Source of the DNA: Candidatus Saccharimonadota bacterium
GTDB taxonomy: Bacteria > Patescibacteriota > Microgenomatia > UBA1406 > GWC2-37-13
Direction: 5' to 3'
DNA: 32,000 nt
Assembly: GCA_016432445.1 (NCBI GenBank)
Contig: CP066689.1
Location: forward strand, 990,001 to 1,022,000
Of this stretch, positions 23,684 through 32,000 are shown piece after piece. Numbering within the stretch: position 1 is the first letter of the stretch; each line of letters begins with the position of its first letter. Below the pieces are notes generated by a model. The model saw only the letters and a list, made by a program, of their open reading frames with translations. It was not told the origin of the DNA and did no database searches. Made by a program: the position numbers and the translations under genes.

Positions 23684-25167
23684 TTAAATATTTATTTATC
23701 ACCTACGGACAAGCTGGATGGCGCGGTGTTCAGATGAGAGCTTTGCGAATAGCCAATTATTTTAACAAAAGTGAGGTTCTTTTTTGGAATCTTTATGACA
23801 GCAGTCTGATTGAAGAATGGGGCTTTGCAGTAGAAAACAAGCCCTCTGGTTTAGTTTTGTCTAACGATATTGTTTTTCCTAAAGAAACAGAAGTAGTAAT
23901 TTTTGCGGATATTCCCACTAACGAATTTTTTCAGTATAGCGTTTATCAGGCCGCTATTCAAAAAAAGATTAAGATTGTTATCTGCGATCAGCTTTACCGG
24001 CGCGAACAGATGAAAGAAGGTGTCTTTAAAATGCTTGCTGAAAACTGTGATTTATTTCTCCTTAATTCACTTTCTTTTTTAAATAACGAATCAAACTCAA
24101 ACATAAAAATTCTACCTCCTCAGATTGAACATAATTTCAAGAAAAAGGATAAAAATTACATTTGTCAAAAATACGGAATTCCCTTAAATGCAACGATATT
24201 ATTCGGGTCAGGTTATCATCCAAGATTATATAAAAAGATCAAGTTATTTACTCAAAGGCTTTCTGTCTATTATAAGCAATTTTATACGATAGTCTCTGCA
24301 CCTAAAAGTTTGCAGAAAGTTAAAAAAGAAGGCCATTTGATTACTATTCCTTTTGTCAACGGTGAAGAATATTTTAAACTGCTTTATGCTGTCGATATCG
24401 TTCTTGTTAAATTTGGCTTTCTACAGATCCTTGAATCGCTGGCGTTAAATAAACCCACTGTTGTTTTAGGAGAAGCCGGTAAACTTTTACAAGATAAGTC
24501 GGTAATTGACCCTACTTTGCGAAGAGCTCTTAAACTGAATTTAAAAAATGACGATGAACTATTCAATTATCTTAAAAAATTAGTTATAGATCAAAGCTAT
24601 CGGAAAAAAGTTATCCAGGAAAATAAAAAACTTCATAATGGAGTTTTCTTTGGAGCTAAAAAAGCCGCGTCAGAAATTAAAAAGCTTGTTGAAAATAAAC
24701 AGTTTTTAAGAAAAATCTACCCAAATAAAATTGCTATTCTTATCAATCAAGAGATATTTGAATACAAACAATGGCTTGCTGAGGAAAAAAATATTTATCC
24801 TTTGTGCATTTTATGGTCAATGCCTAACGGTTTGGAAGTTATCAAACGCCTGCCTAAACCTTTGCTAAATAAAACCGTAAAAGATTTTCAAATAAAACAA
24901 AAAGACGAGATTCTTCCTCATTCATTTAAAAATATTTTTATTTTCTCACCCCGCAAATATGACGGCTTTACCAGTATCCCTTCCTGGTACAATCATTGGC
25001 TAGAACAAATTCATTCCTCCATCTTAAAAGCCGATGAAATATATATCTCAAAAGACGGATTGAAAATTTTTAATGGAATGCTCAATAGCTTTAAAGACAG
25101 ACTCAAACTTTTAGATAACAAAATAAAAATTACCAATGACAGTTTCAGTAATTATTCCAGCTTATAA
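23680..25167 (+). CDS. Hypothetical protein (495 aa), possibly GT-B-fold glycosyltransferase-like; family not recognised
   Basis: Long ORF, translationally coupled (ATGA) to the upstream GT4 and overlapping the downstream GT2 by 32 nt. I see only a vague GT-B-like pattern (ILESLALNKPTVVL). Confidence 0.6.
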   Translation: MIKYLFITYGQAGWRGVQMRALRIANYFNKSEVLFWNLYDSSLIEEWGFAVENKPSGLVLSNDIVFPKETEVVIFADIPTNEFFQYSVYQAAIQKKIKIVICDQLYRREQMKEGVFKMLAENCDLFLLNSLSFLNNESNSNIKILPPQIEHNFKKKDKNYICQKYGIPLNATILFGSGYHPRLYKKIKLFTQRLSVYYKQFYTIVSAPKSLQKVKKEGHLITIPFVNGEEYFKLLYAVDIVLVKFGFLQILESLALNKPTVVLGEAGKLLQDKSVIDPTLRRALKLNLKNDDELFNYLKKLVIDQSYRKKVIQENKKLHNGVFFGAKKAASEIKKLVENKQFLRKIYPNKIAILINQEIFEYKQWLAEEKNIYPLCILWSMPNGLEVIKRLPKPLLNKTVKDFQIKQKDEILPHSFKNIFIFSPRKYDGFTSIPSWYNHWLEQIHSSILKADEIYISKDGLKIFNGMLNSFKDRLKLLDNKIKITNDSFSNYSSL

Positions 25168-26068
25168 CAGAATCAAACAAACTCTTAAAACGGTTGATCT
25201 CGTCATTTCTTCGTATGTAAAAGATTATCAGATGGAAGTTATTGTTACCGACTGTTCTCCTGATGATAAACTGAAACAAGCCTTAACTAAAAAATTTAAT
25301 AACAAAATTATCTATACCAGACCAACAAAACCTGGTATTTCAACCAATAAAAATCAAGGCGCAAAAAAAGCCAAAGGAGAAATCTTAATCTTCTGCGACT
25401 CAGATATCGAGGTTGAAAACGAAACTATACATAATACTTTGCAGGCTTTTAAACAACACCCGCGGGGTGCTGGAGTAGGCGGTCTGGTGATTTGGAAGGG
25501 CGGAAAAAAAGATGGAGAAGTTGACCGGCCAGAAAAAAACGACCGTATTTTTAAGTATAAAAATACCTCTTATATTGAAGTTATTTACTCCCGCTATTTT
25601 GCGACTTATAAAGATATCTTTCATAAAGTCGGAGGCTATGATGAGGTACTTTTTAATATGAGAGGCGAAGGCGCTGATTTATCAACCCGCTATTGGCGCG
25701 CTGGTTTTCCACTTGTTTATAATAAATTAATTAAAGTCTTTCACCGTTATAATTTAAACGATTCCCAAGCCACAAGGACTCCTTATCCTCAACAGGATAT
25801 TGCCAAAGATTTTCTGATTTTAGCCTACAAATATAATATGCATGAGAAACCTTATCCTCATTTTTCCTTGGTTATGCACCGCTATTTTAAACAGTTTGGC
25901 ATCAATAACCAGGCTGAGTTTTTAAAAGGCATCTTAAAACATCTTGATCTCATAGCTTCAGTTAAACCGTACTTAGATGAAAACAAATTAAAAAATGATT
26001 TATATGATTTTAAATTTTTAGAAGTTTTCTCTAATAAAAAACTCTTGAGAGAATGCCTTAATTTATGA
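25136..26068 (+). CDS. Glycosyltransferase family 2
   Basis: N-terminal VSVIIPAYNR, a DxD motif (FCDSDIEV) and GGYDE: the classic GT2 layout. Confidence 0.85.
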   Translation: MTVSVIIPAYNRIKQTLKTVDLVISSYVKDYQMEVIVTDCSPDDKLKQALTKKFNNKIIYTRPTKPGISTNKNQGAKKAKGEILIFCDSDIEVENETIHNTLQAFKQHPRGAGVGGLVIWKGGKKDGEVDRPEKNDRIFKYKNTSYIEVIYSRYFATYKDIFHKVGGYDEVLFNMRGEGADLSTRYWRAGFPLVYNKLIKVFHRYNLNDSQATRTPYPQQDIAKDFLILAYKYNMHEKPYPHFSLVMHRYFKQFGINNQAEFLKGILKHLDLIASVKPYLDENKLKNDLYDFKFLEVFSNKKLLRECLNL

Positions 26069-26697
26069 ATGATTTAAAAGAGTTTACAACTCATATCTGG
26101 ACTTTACGTCATGCCCCTACCCTTTTTACTATCCAAGGAAGACTGCAGGGGACAAAAGACGTGGATATTTTACCTAATAAAACTGATGCCTATTTTAACA
26201 AAATCAAAATTAAACGGCTTCCTAAACCCGATGTTATCATTACTTCATCTTTAAAAAGAACTAAACAAACTGCTAAAGCTTTAAAAAAATATCTAAACTG
26301 GCCAAAAACTATTCCTGTTATAAAAAAAAAGAATTTAAATGAAAGATCTTTGGGAATTCTCGAGATCAAAACTCACTTCCAGGTAAAAAAGCTTATTCTT
26401 TACGGTATTATAACTGTATCTCAGCCTTTAAGCTATATTGAAAAGCTAGAAGATTTATCTGAAATTTTAGAAACTCCTCATTTTAAGTTTGTGGGTATAG
26501 AGTCAATGGATGAAGTACGAATCCGCGGCGAAAAAGCTTTGTTTGAAATAGCGTCCCTTTATCCCAATACAAAAATTGTATTGATAAATCATTACGCTGT
26601 CCTTAAATCACAAGGACTAAATCCGCACAAAATTTGCCACCTTATAATCTCCAAAGACTCACAAGGCATATTTCACAAAAAGATTACGAACTGTTAA
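26065..26697 (+). CDS. Histidine phosphatase superfamily (phosphoglycerate-mutase-like) protein
   Basis: RHG-type motif IWTLRHAPT, ITSSLKRTKQTAKAL, and a distal His in LINHYAVL. It has an ATGA overlap with the upstream GT2. Confidence 0.7.
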   Translation: MNDLKEFTTHIWTLRHAPTLFTIQGRLQGTKDVDILPNKTDAYFNKIKIKRLPKPDVIITSSLKRTKQTAKALKKYLNWPKTIPVIKKKNLNERSLGILEIKTHFQVKKLILYGIITVSQPLSYIEKLEDLSEILETPHFKFVGIESMDEVRIRGEKALFEIASLYPNTKIVLINHYAVLKSQGLNPHKICHLIISKDSQGIFHKKITNC

Positions 26698-26698
26698 A

Positions 26699-26795
26699 TA
26701 ATGTCAAAATCCAAATGTCAAATGTCAAATGTTTTGAAATTTGAAATTGGGATTTTGGATTTGATTTGATATTTGGATTTTGACATTTGGATTTT
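26699..26795. repeat. Intergenic 'word' palindrome, family A copy 3; candidate bidirectional terminator between convergent genes
   Basis: A perfect 15-bp inverted repeat: ATGTCAAAATCCAAA (26701-26715) and TTTGGATTTTGACAT (26772-26786). More AAATGTCAAA and TTTGGATTT words lie between the arms. It overlaps the stop codon of the GH1 gene (26794-26796). Confidence 0.85.
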
Positions 26796-28176
26796 ACAAA
26801 TGAAGCGTGTTTGTCTTTATCAGTTGCTGATACCACAAGGCGCTTTTTTTCAATACTCTTTTCATACTTTTTCTATCAACATAAATAATTCCAAAGACGA
26901 CTTCAGGATTATAAGCCCACTGCCACTCATAATTATCCATTAAAGTCCATAAGAAATAACCTTTGACAGGTACTCCGCTTTCTATAGCCTTGTGAACCTG
27001 ACGGATATGTTCTTTAAGAAAAGATATCCTTCTCTCATCAGCAATAACCTCCGATTTGCCATCCCATGAATCTTTCATCGCCATACCGTTTTCTGCAACA
27101 TATAAGCGTTTTAAACCAAAATTTTTGTAAGAATAATAAGTTTGTCTTAAAATGTCATAAAACCCTTCAAGATACAAAGACGGAACAAAAATCACCCAGC
27201 CGCGACCGGTGATCTCGCTTCCCTTTTTAATTACCGGCTTAAACTTAAAAAAACTTTTTTCATCGTACTCAACTATATTGCTGAAATAGTAATTGAGCCC
27301 GAAGGAATAAAGCTTAGCGCCAACTTTTATGAGATTCATATCGGCATTACTTATCTTAGGCATATTGACGCCGTAAAGTTCAACCATATCTTCAGGATAT
27401 TTTCCTAAAAAAAGCGGGTCCATAAACCAACGGTTCATCTGTCCATCAGCAATTCTAGCCGCCAAAATATCTTTTTTATCGGCTGAGGCGGCATAAAAAC
27501 CTGAAGTATTGTAAACCGTACTTAGCTTAACCTCAGAGTCAAGAGATGACAAAATTCGATACACCGCCCCTTGGGTTAGAAGCATATTATGACCGGCCTC
27601 AAGTGCTCCTTTAAGATTAGTTTCACCCGGGGCATTTATTCCCATATAATAACCTCGTATGGCCGCGATCCAAGGTTCATTAAGAATAAAATATTCTTCA
27701 ACGTACTCGCCTAAGTATCCATAAACTACCTCACTATGCTTGACTAAAAACTCAATGACGCTTGAATTTCTCCAGCCGCCCTTTTCGCTAAAATACTGAG
27801 GCAATTCCCAATGGTATAAAGTTACGTATATAGTAATACCGGCATTTCTTAAAGCTTTAAAATATTCTTTGTACCAGTTAATTGCTTTTTTATTGATCTC
27901 ACCGTTTTTTTTAAAAATCCTGGCAATTGAAACTGAGGTACGGTAATGTTTAACGCCAAGTCTTTTCATTATCTCCAGATCTTCTTTCCACAAGGAATAA
28001 CGGTTTATGCCTTGACCTGGAGGTTGATTTTTGTATACCTTACCTGAAGTTTTGGCAAAATGCTCCCACATTGAAGATTCAGCTTTTTCAAACTTTTTTG
28101 GCTCATCATCTCCAACAACCTGCAAATCAGCATCAGCCACCCCAAAGATAAAGGATGAAGGAAACTTTAAATTCAT
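26794..28176 (-). CDS. Glycoside hydrolase family 1 beta-glucosidase
   Basis: GH1 signatures: N-terminal FIFGVADADLQVVG, acid/base LNEPW, nucleophile YVAENGMA, and C-terminal WTLMDNYEW. Confidence 0.9.
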   Translation of the reverse strand: MNLKFPSSFIFGVADADLQVVGDDEPKKFEKAESSMWEHFAKTSGKVYKNQPPGQGINRYSLWKEDLEIMKRLGVKHYRTSVSIARIFKKNGEINKKAINWYKEYFKALRNAGITIYVTLYHWELPQYFSEKGGWRNSSVIEFLVKHSEVVYGYLGEYVEEYFILNEPWIAAIRGYYMGINAPGETNLKGALEAGHNMLLTQGAVYRILSSLDSEVKLSTVYNTSGFYAASADKKDILAARIADGQMNRWFMDPLFLGKYPEDMVELYGVNMPKISNADMNLIKVGAKLYSFGLNYYFSNIVEYDEKSFFKFKPVIKKGSEITGRGWVIFVPSLYLEGFYDILRQTYYSYKNFGLKRLYVAENGMAMKDSWDGKSEVIADERRISFLKEHIRQVHKAIESGVPVKGYFLWTLMDNYEWQWAYNPEVVFGIIYVDRKSMKRVLKKSALWYQQLIKTNTLHL

Positions 28177-28256
28177 AAACCAAGTCTAAGAGAAGCACAT
28201 TAAAAAACTGTAAGATTAAGGTAAGTATAAAGTAAGGCCAGAACGCCTCTGGCGGC

Positions 28257-28285
28257 TTGACTTAAAAAATAGATTTTGGTATATT
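28257..28285 (+). promoter_or_regulatory. Sigma70-like promoter with extended -10, for the DUF218 gene
   Basis: TTGACT (28257-28262), a 17-nt spacer ending in TGG, then TATATT (28280-28285). The ATG at 28309 lies 24 nt downstream. Confidence 0.5.
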
Positions 28286-28308
28286 AATATTCTCACCTTA
28301 AAATCTTT

Positions 28309-29373
28309 ATGCAATCTATTGATATCACCATTGTTTTTGGTCAAGGACCTGTAAAACCGGTTCTTCTTGAAGAAGAACTTAATCTTGCGCAAAAAAAAGA
28401 ATGGCATAAATATAAAAATAGTAAAAAAGTACCTGAGCCTGAATTTTTCTGCATGAAACAGAGAAAGTATTTGTTGGAACTTGAAAAAGCCAAACTGAAA
28501 GAGGAACAACGTCAGCAATGGCAAAGCAACGGTTTCTTTGCCCTAAAACAGTTGGGAATTCAAAATGCTCTGGCCGCTGGCTACGCGCTCTATAAAGGAA
28601 AAACAAAAAAAATAATTTTGTCAGGAGGCAAAACTATTCCCCGCTTCGTTAAAAACTTGCTTCCCCAAAGACGCCTTAAAAGTTGGCCATCTGAAGCTTA
28701 CCTTATGAAAGATGTGATAACATCCTGCTACGGAAGCTTCTTTGAAAAAAAATGTGGTTTTCCCATTGATAAAGCAATTATTTTGGAAGAGTCATCTACC
28801 AATACTTTAGAAAATTTTGCTTTTACTATTAATGATAATCCGGAAATTTTGGATCCCAACTTAAAAATCGGATTTATTACTTCTAGCTTCCACCTTAAAA
28901 GGGTAAACCATATTGCCAGAATTTTTTCAATTTTTACCAACCATGAGCAAAAGACCGCTCAAGATTTATTAAAAGAACTTAAATCCGAAAAAAAATTAAT
29001 AGATAATCTTATTTGGCCAAATATTAAAAATATTAGCAACTTACAAACAGACATAATAAATCAGCATGAAAAAAGATGGCTTCTCGGGCTTTCCCACCCG
29101 GACTATTTAGCGTATTGGCTGGGATATTTAGGATTAGTTAAACATCCGGCAGTCATTCAAAATGCTCTAAACTTGCTTAATAGTGATCCCTGGATTGAAA
29201 CTGCAAGAATTGTTTTTAAAAACATGGGGTTAAATTTTGATGATTATAAAAACGAAGACTTGATGCATTTATCAAAAAATAATCAGGCAAGATACAACCT
29301 TCTTATCGAAAATCTGCAAAAATTAAAAACTCCCTCCCTGCGCCGTTTACCACCTTTTCTCATCTCTATCTGA
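28309..29373 (+). CDS. DUF218 (YdcF/ElyC/SanA-like) domain protein with an N-terminal extension
   Basis: DUF218 pattern: KIILSGGKTIP...SEAYLMKD...EESSTNTLENFAFT...IGFITSSFHLKRV. Confidence 0.7.
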   Translation: MQSIDITIVFGQGPVKPVLLEEELNLAQKKEWHKYKNSKKVPEPEFFCMKQRKYLLELEKAKLKEEQRQQWQSNGFFALKQLGIQNALAAGYALYKGKTKKIILSGGKTIPRFVKNLLPQRRLKSWPSEAYLMKDVITSCYGSFFEKKCGFPIDKAIILEESSTNTLENFAFTINDNPEILDPNLKIGFITSSFHLKRVNHIARIFSIFTNHEQKTAQDLLKELKSEKKLIDNLIWPNIKNISNLQTDIINQHEKRWLLGLSHPDYLAYWLGYLGLVKHPAVIQNALNLLNSDPWIETARIVFKNMGLNFDDYKNEDLMHLSKNNQARYNLLIENLQKLKTPSLRRLPPFLISI

Positions 29374-29420
29374 CCATTTACTATTTTTTAATATATTGTT
29401 ATATAATAGTCTTCAGCACT

Positions 29421-30884
29421 ATGATTACAGCCGACGATCTATTGCGATTAACCAAAAGAGCTCTTAAGAACAAACGTTTAATCGTTGGGATTCAACGTGA
29501 GCCGTATATGCATGTCAAAACTGATGACGGCATTAAAGTTGAAAAAACCGCCGGAGGCGCCCATACTCTGCTTGACGGCATTTTAAAACAAGTAAACGGA
29601 GTTATGGTTGCCTTGGCTTCTGGAGACGCTGATAAACTTGTTGTTGATGAAAAAGGCCGAATCAAGATTCCTCCTAAAGAAAAAAACTACACTCTAAAAA
29701 GAATTTTTCTTTCTAAAAAAGACTATGACGGTTTTTATTACGGCTTTGCCAATCAAACTTTATGGCCGCTTTGCCATGTCGTTTTTATAAAACCTGTATT
29801 TTCTCATGAGTGGTGGAATGCTTATGTTAAGGTAAATCAGGAATTTACCAATGCTATTTTGGATGAAGTTGGCGCTGAGGAAGCCTTAGTCTGGATAAAT
29901 GATTACCATCTTGCACTGGTTCCGCAAATGCTCAAAGAAAAAAATCCCAAGATTAGAATCGGTACTTTCTGGCATATCCCCTGGCCAACCTATGAAGTCT
30001 TTCGTATCTGCCCGTGGAGAAAACAGATAATTGAAGGACTTTTAGGTTCAGACTTTATTGGATTTCACCGAGGCTATCATGTTGAGAACTTTATCGAATG
30101 CTCAAGACGAGAACTTGAGGTTATTGTTGACTCTGAACCCCGCTCTGTTACTTATAAAAATCATCATACCAAACTTGAAAATATTCCTGCCGGTATTGAT
30201 TATCATGAAATTAAAGCTAGGCTGGAAAATCAAAAGCCGCCAACTGAAAAATTAATTAAAAAAGATTTTGGTTTTGATTATGAGTTTTTAGCCATTGGCG
30301 TTGATCGGATTGATTATACAAAAGGATTAATTGAGCGGTTAAACATAATAGACAGATTTTTAGAAAAATATCCAAAGTTTAAAGAAAAATTTGTTTATCT
30401 TTCTATTGCCGCACCGTCAAGAACTCGTATTCCAGCCTACAAAGATTTAAATAAACAGATTGAGGAAAAAATTGAGGAAATTAACGCCAAATACTCAATT
30501 GGTGGCTGGAAACCAATTCATTTTATAAACAAAATATTTCTAAGAGAAAAAATATTTAGCTACTACCAGCTGGCAGATCTTTGTATGGTAACTTCACTTG
30601 ATGACGGCATGAATCTTGTAGCTAAGGAATATGTTATCTGCGCTCCAGCTGAAAAAGGAGCTCTTCTTTTATCAAAATTCACAGGAGCAGCCAAAGACTT
30701 AAGATCTGCTTTTCTTATCAATCCTTATGATATTGATGGCACTGTTGATGCGCTCCTTCAAGCCTTAACTATGAAAAAAGAAGAAAGAGCCAAACGGATG
30801 AATGAAATGAAAGCCGTTGTTAAAGAAAATAATATTTACGATTGGGCAATGAAATTTATCGAAAAAACAGTATCGGATTTTTGA
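29421..30884 (+). CDS. otsA: Alpha,alpha-trehalose-phosphate synthase (GT20)
   Basis: GT20 signatures: FYYGFANQTLWPLCH, WINDYHLALVP, GFHRGYHVENF, GVDRIDYTKG, LDDGMNLVAKEY. Confidence 0.85.
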   Translation: MITADDLLRLTKRALKNKRLIVGIQREPYMHVKTDDGIKVEKTAGGAHTLLDGILKQVNGVMVALASGDADKLVVDEKGRIKIPPKEKNYTLKRIFLSKKDYDGFYYGFANQTLWPLCHVVFIKPVFSHEWWNAYVKVNQEFTNAILDEVGAEEALVWINDYHLALVPQMLKEKNPKIRIGTFWHIPWPTYEVFRICPWRKQIIEGLLGSDFIGFHRGYHVENFIECSRRELEVIVDSEPRSVTYKNHHTKLENIPAGIDYHEIKARLENQKPPTEKLIKKDFGFDYEFLAIGVDRIDYTKGLIERLNIIDRFLEKYPKFKEKFVYLSIAAPSRTRIPAYKDLNKQIEEKIEEINAKYSIGGWKPIHFINKIFLREKIFSYYQLADLCMVTSLDDGMNLVAKEYVICAPAEKGALLLSKFTGAAKDLRSAFLINPYDIDGTVDALLQALTMKKEERAKRMNEMKAVVKENNIYDWAMKFIEKTVSDF

Positions 30885-30932
30885 TTATTATAATTTTTAT
30901 AATCGTTATAACAATTATAACCGTTATACAAG
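30883..30932. repeat. TTATAAC-word element, copy 2, containing two TATAAT hexamers
   Basis: The sequence is GATTATTATAATTTTTATAATCGTTATAACAATTATAACCGTTATACAAG. TATAAT occurs at 30889-30894 and 30898-30903. The 24-nt core at 30906-30929 is identical to 23655-23678. It ends 5 nt before the ATG at 30936. Confidence 0.85.
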
Positions 30933-30935
30933 CTT

Positions 30936-32000
30936 ATGAAAATCGCTCAGGTTGCGCCTTTGTGGGAAAGTATTCCGCCGCCCAAATATGGCGGGACTGA
31001 AAGAATTGTTTATTATCTTACTGAAGGTTTAGTTAAAAAAGGCCATGACGTAACCCTTTTTGCCAGCGGAGACTCGCAAACTTCAGCCAAACTCGTCTCG
31101 GTTTATCCTCGGCCATTATTCCGCGATAATATCCCCTGGACTAATATCATGTATCCTCTTCTTAATATCACCGAGGTTTTTGACCGCCAGGAACAGTTTG
31201 ATATCATTCATATTCATCTAAACAAATCCAGCGATTATATTGCTCTTCCCATGGCTGTTCCTATCAAAAAAAAGGTTCTCTTTACTTTCCATTTCCCCTA
31301 TCCTATAGCCAATAACCACAAGGATCGCCATACGGTTTTACAGAAATATAAAGATCTCCAATACACTTCCATTTCCAACTCCCAGCGCCAAGGAGGAGAA
31401 AACTTAAATTGGATAAAAACTGTTTACAACGGTATTGACATTAACCTTTACAAGGTTCATGAAAATAAAGGCGAGTATCTCCTATGGCTGGGCAAGTTTA
31501 ATCCTGATAAAGGCACTAAAGATGCTATCTTAACCGCTAAAAAACTGGGAATGAAAATTTTTCTTGCTGGGAAAATTGATGAACTGGAAAACGCAGATTC
31601 TAACTATTATCATCAAGAAATTAAACCGCTTATTGATAATAAGCAAGTAGTTCCTTTAGGTGAACTTTGCGACAAAGATAAGAATAAAATTTATGGAGAT
31701 GCTCTGGCTTTTTTAAATCCTATTAAATGGAATGAACCATTCGGATTAGTGATGGCAGAAGCTCAAGCATCAGGTACACCAGTCATCTCTTATGCCAATG
31801 GAGCAGCTCCTGAAATTATTAAAGATGGAATTAATGGATTTTTGGTCAATGAATCTGAAGGAATTGATGGTTTAACCAAGGCTGTAGAGAAACTTCGTTC
31901 ATTAAGTGATGAAGAATATATACATATGCGCCAAGCCGCGCGCAAGAACATAGAAGAAAACTTTAGCATCAAACGCATGGTTAATGAATATGAAAAAGCG
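30936..32000 (+). CDS. Glycosyltransferase family 4 (3' end outside window); not present in the supplied ORF track
   Basis: I translated it by hand from the ATG at 30936: MKIAQVAPLWESIPPPKYGGTERIVYYLTEGLVKKGHDVTLFASGDS...LWLGKFNPDKG...NPIKWNEPFGLVMAEAQASGTPVISYANGAAPEIIKDGINGFLV. It runs 355 codons with no stop to the window end, and shows the EX7E-type GT4 motif. Confidence 0.85.
   Translation, partial: MKIAQVAPLWESIPPPKYGGTERIVYYLTEGLVKKGHDVTLFASGDSQTSAKLVSVYPRPLFRDNIPWTNIMYPLLNITEVFDRQEQFDIIHIHLNKSSDYIALPMAVPIKKKVLFTFHFPYPIANNHKDRHTVLQKYKDLQYTSISNSQRQGGENLNWIKTVYNGIDINLYKVHENKGEYLLWLGKFNPDKGTKDAILTAKKLGMKIFLAGKIDELENADSNYYHQEIKPLIDNKQVVPLGELCDKDKNKIYGDALAFLNPIKWNEPFGLVMAEAQASGTPVISYANGAAPEIIKDGINGFLVNESEGIDGLTKAVEKLRSLSDEEYIHMRQAARKNIEENFSIKRMVNEYEKA

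Noticed and set aside
16359-26795. I asked whether the repeated AAATGTCAAA / AAATCCAAAT word clusters are a CRISPR array.
   Set aside because: The units are 10-nt words in both orientations with no regular repeat-spacer periodicity. They lie at three separate intergenic loci, and no cas genes are present.
28216-28524. A 102-aa minus-strand ORF overlapping the start of the DUF218 gene.
   Set aside because: It is extremely Phe/Lys-rich and low in complexity. It overlaps a strong plus-strand promoter (28257-28285) and the well-supported DUF218 CDS.
1-32000. tRNA, rRNA or other structured RNA genes in the intergenic regions.
   Set aside because: Every spacer is under 165 nt and is either AT-rich promoter-like sequence or a word palindrome. 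None shows a cloverleaf-compatible arrangement or conserved tRNA boxes that I could recognise by eye.

Overview
This is a 32-kb fragment of an AT-rich, very compact bacterial genome. It uses the standard genetic code (TAA, TAG and TGA all act as stops). It has 4-nt ATGA start/stop overlaps, convergent genes only 1-3 nt apart, and almost no recognisable Shine-Dalgarno sequences. The style (giant low-complexity ORFs, a DUF5663-like small protein, tiny intergenic spacers) looks most like a Patescibacteria/CPR-type organism, but that is an inference and not a database result.

Nt 1-20717 form an island dominated by three giant ORFs (2236, 1411 and 1170 aa), plus a fourth protein truncated at the left edge. 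Small helical, coiled-coil and zinc-ribbon membrane proteins and two cell-wall enzymes (an Amidase_3 and an LCP) sit among them. Nt 20784-32000 hold ordinary housekeeping and carbohydrate genes: galT-like, pth, GT4, GT2, histidine phosphatase, GH1 beta-glucosidase, DUF218, otsA, and a second GT4 that is missing from the ORF track.

Main candidates for something new:
- The giant proteins are mosaics that share modules. Two copies of a His-Asp/Asn-Gln-Cys domain fit a CE-clan (Ulp1/deubiquitinase-like) cysteine protease. There is also a shared C-terminal module and a shared N-terminal PxPAPD tag.
- The 1411-aa protein carries five [LV]-P-x-[WFY]-L short motifs. One of them (DDGELPAFLRNR) is nearly identical to the conserved C-terminal peptide of FtsZ. 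This gene heads an apparent operon with an amidase and an LCP enzyme whose cytoplasmic N-termini share a peptide (RVLSIAERLK...IYSxxEE).
- Three families of intergenic 'word' palindromes recur. Some of them contribute codons to gene ends.

No rRNA, tRNA, CRISPR array, transposase or integrase was recognised. All family assignments rest on motifs read by eye, and none has been checked by a search.
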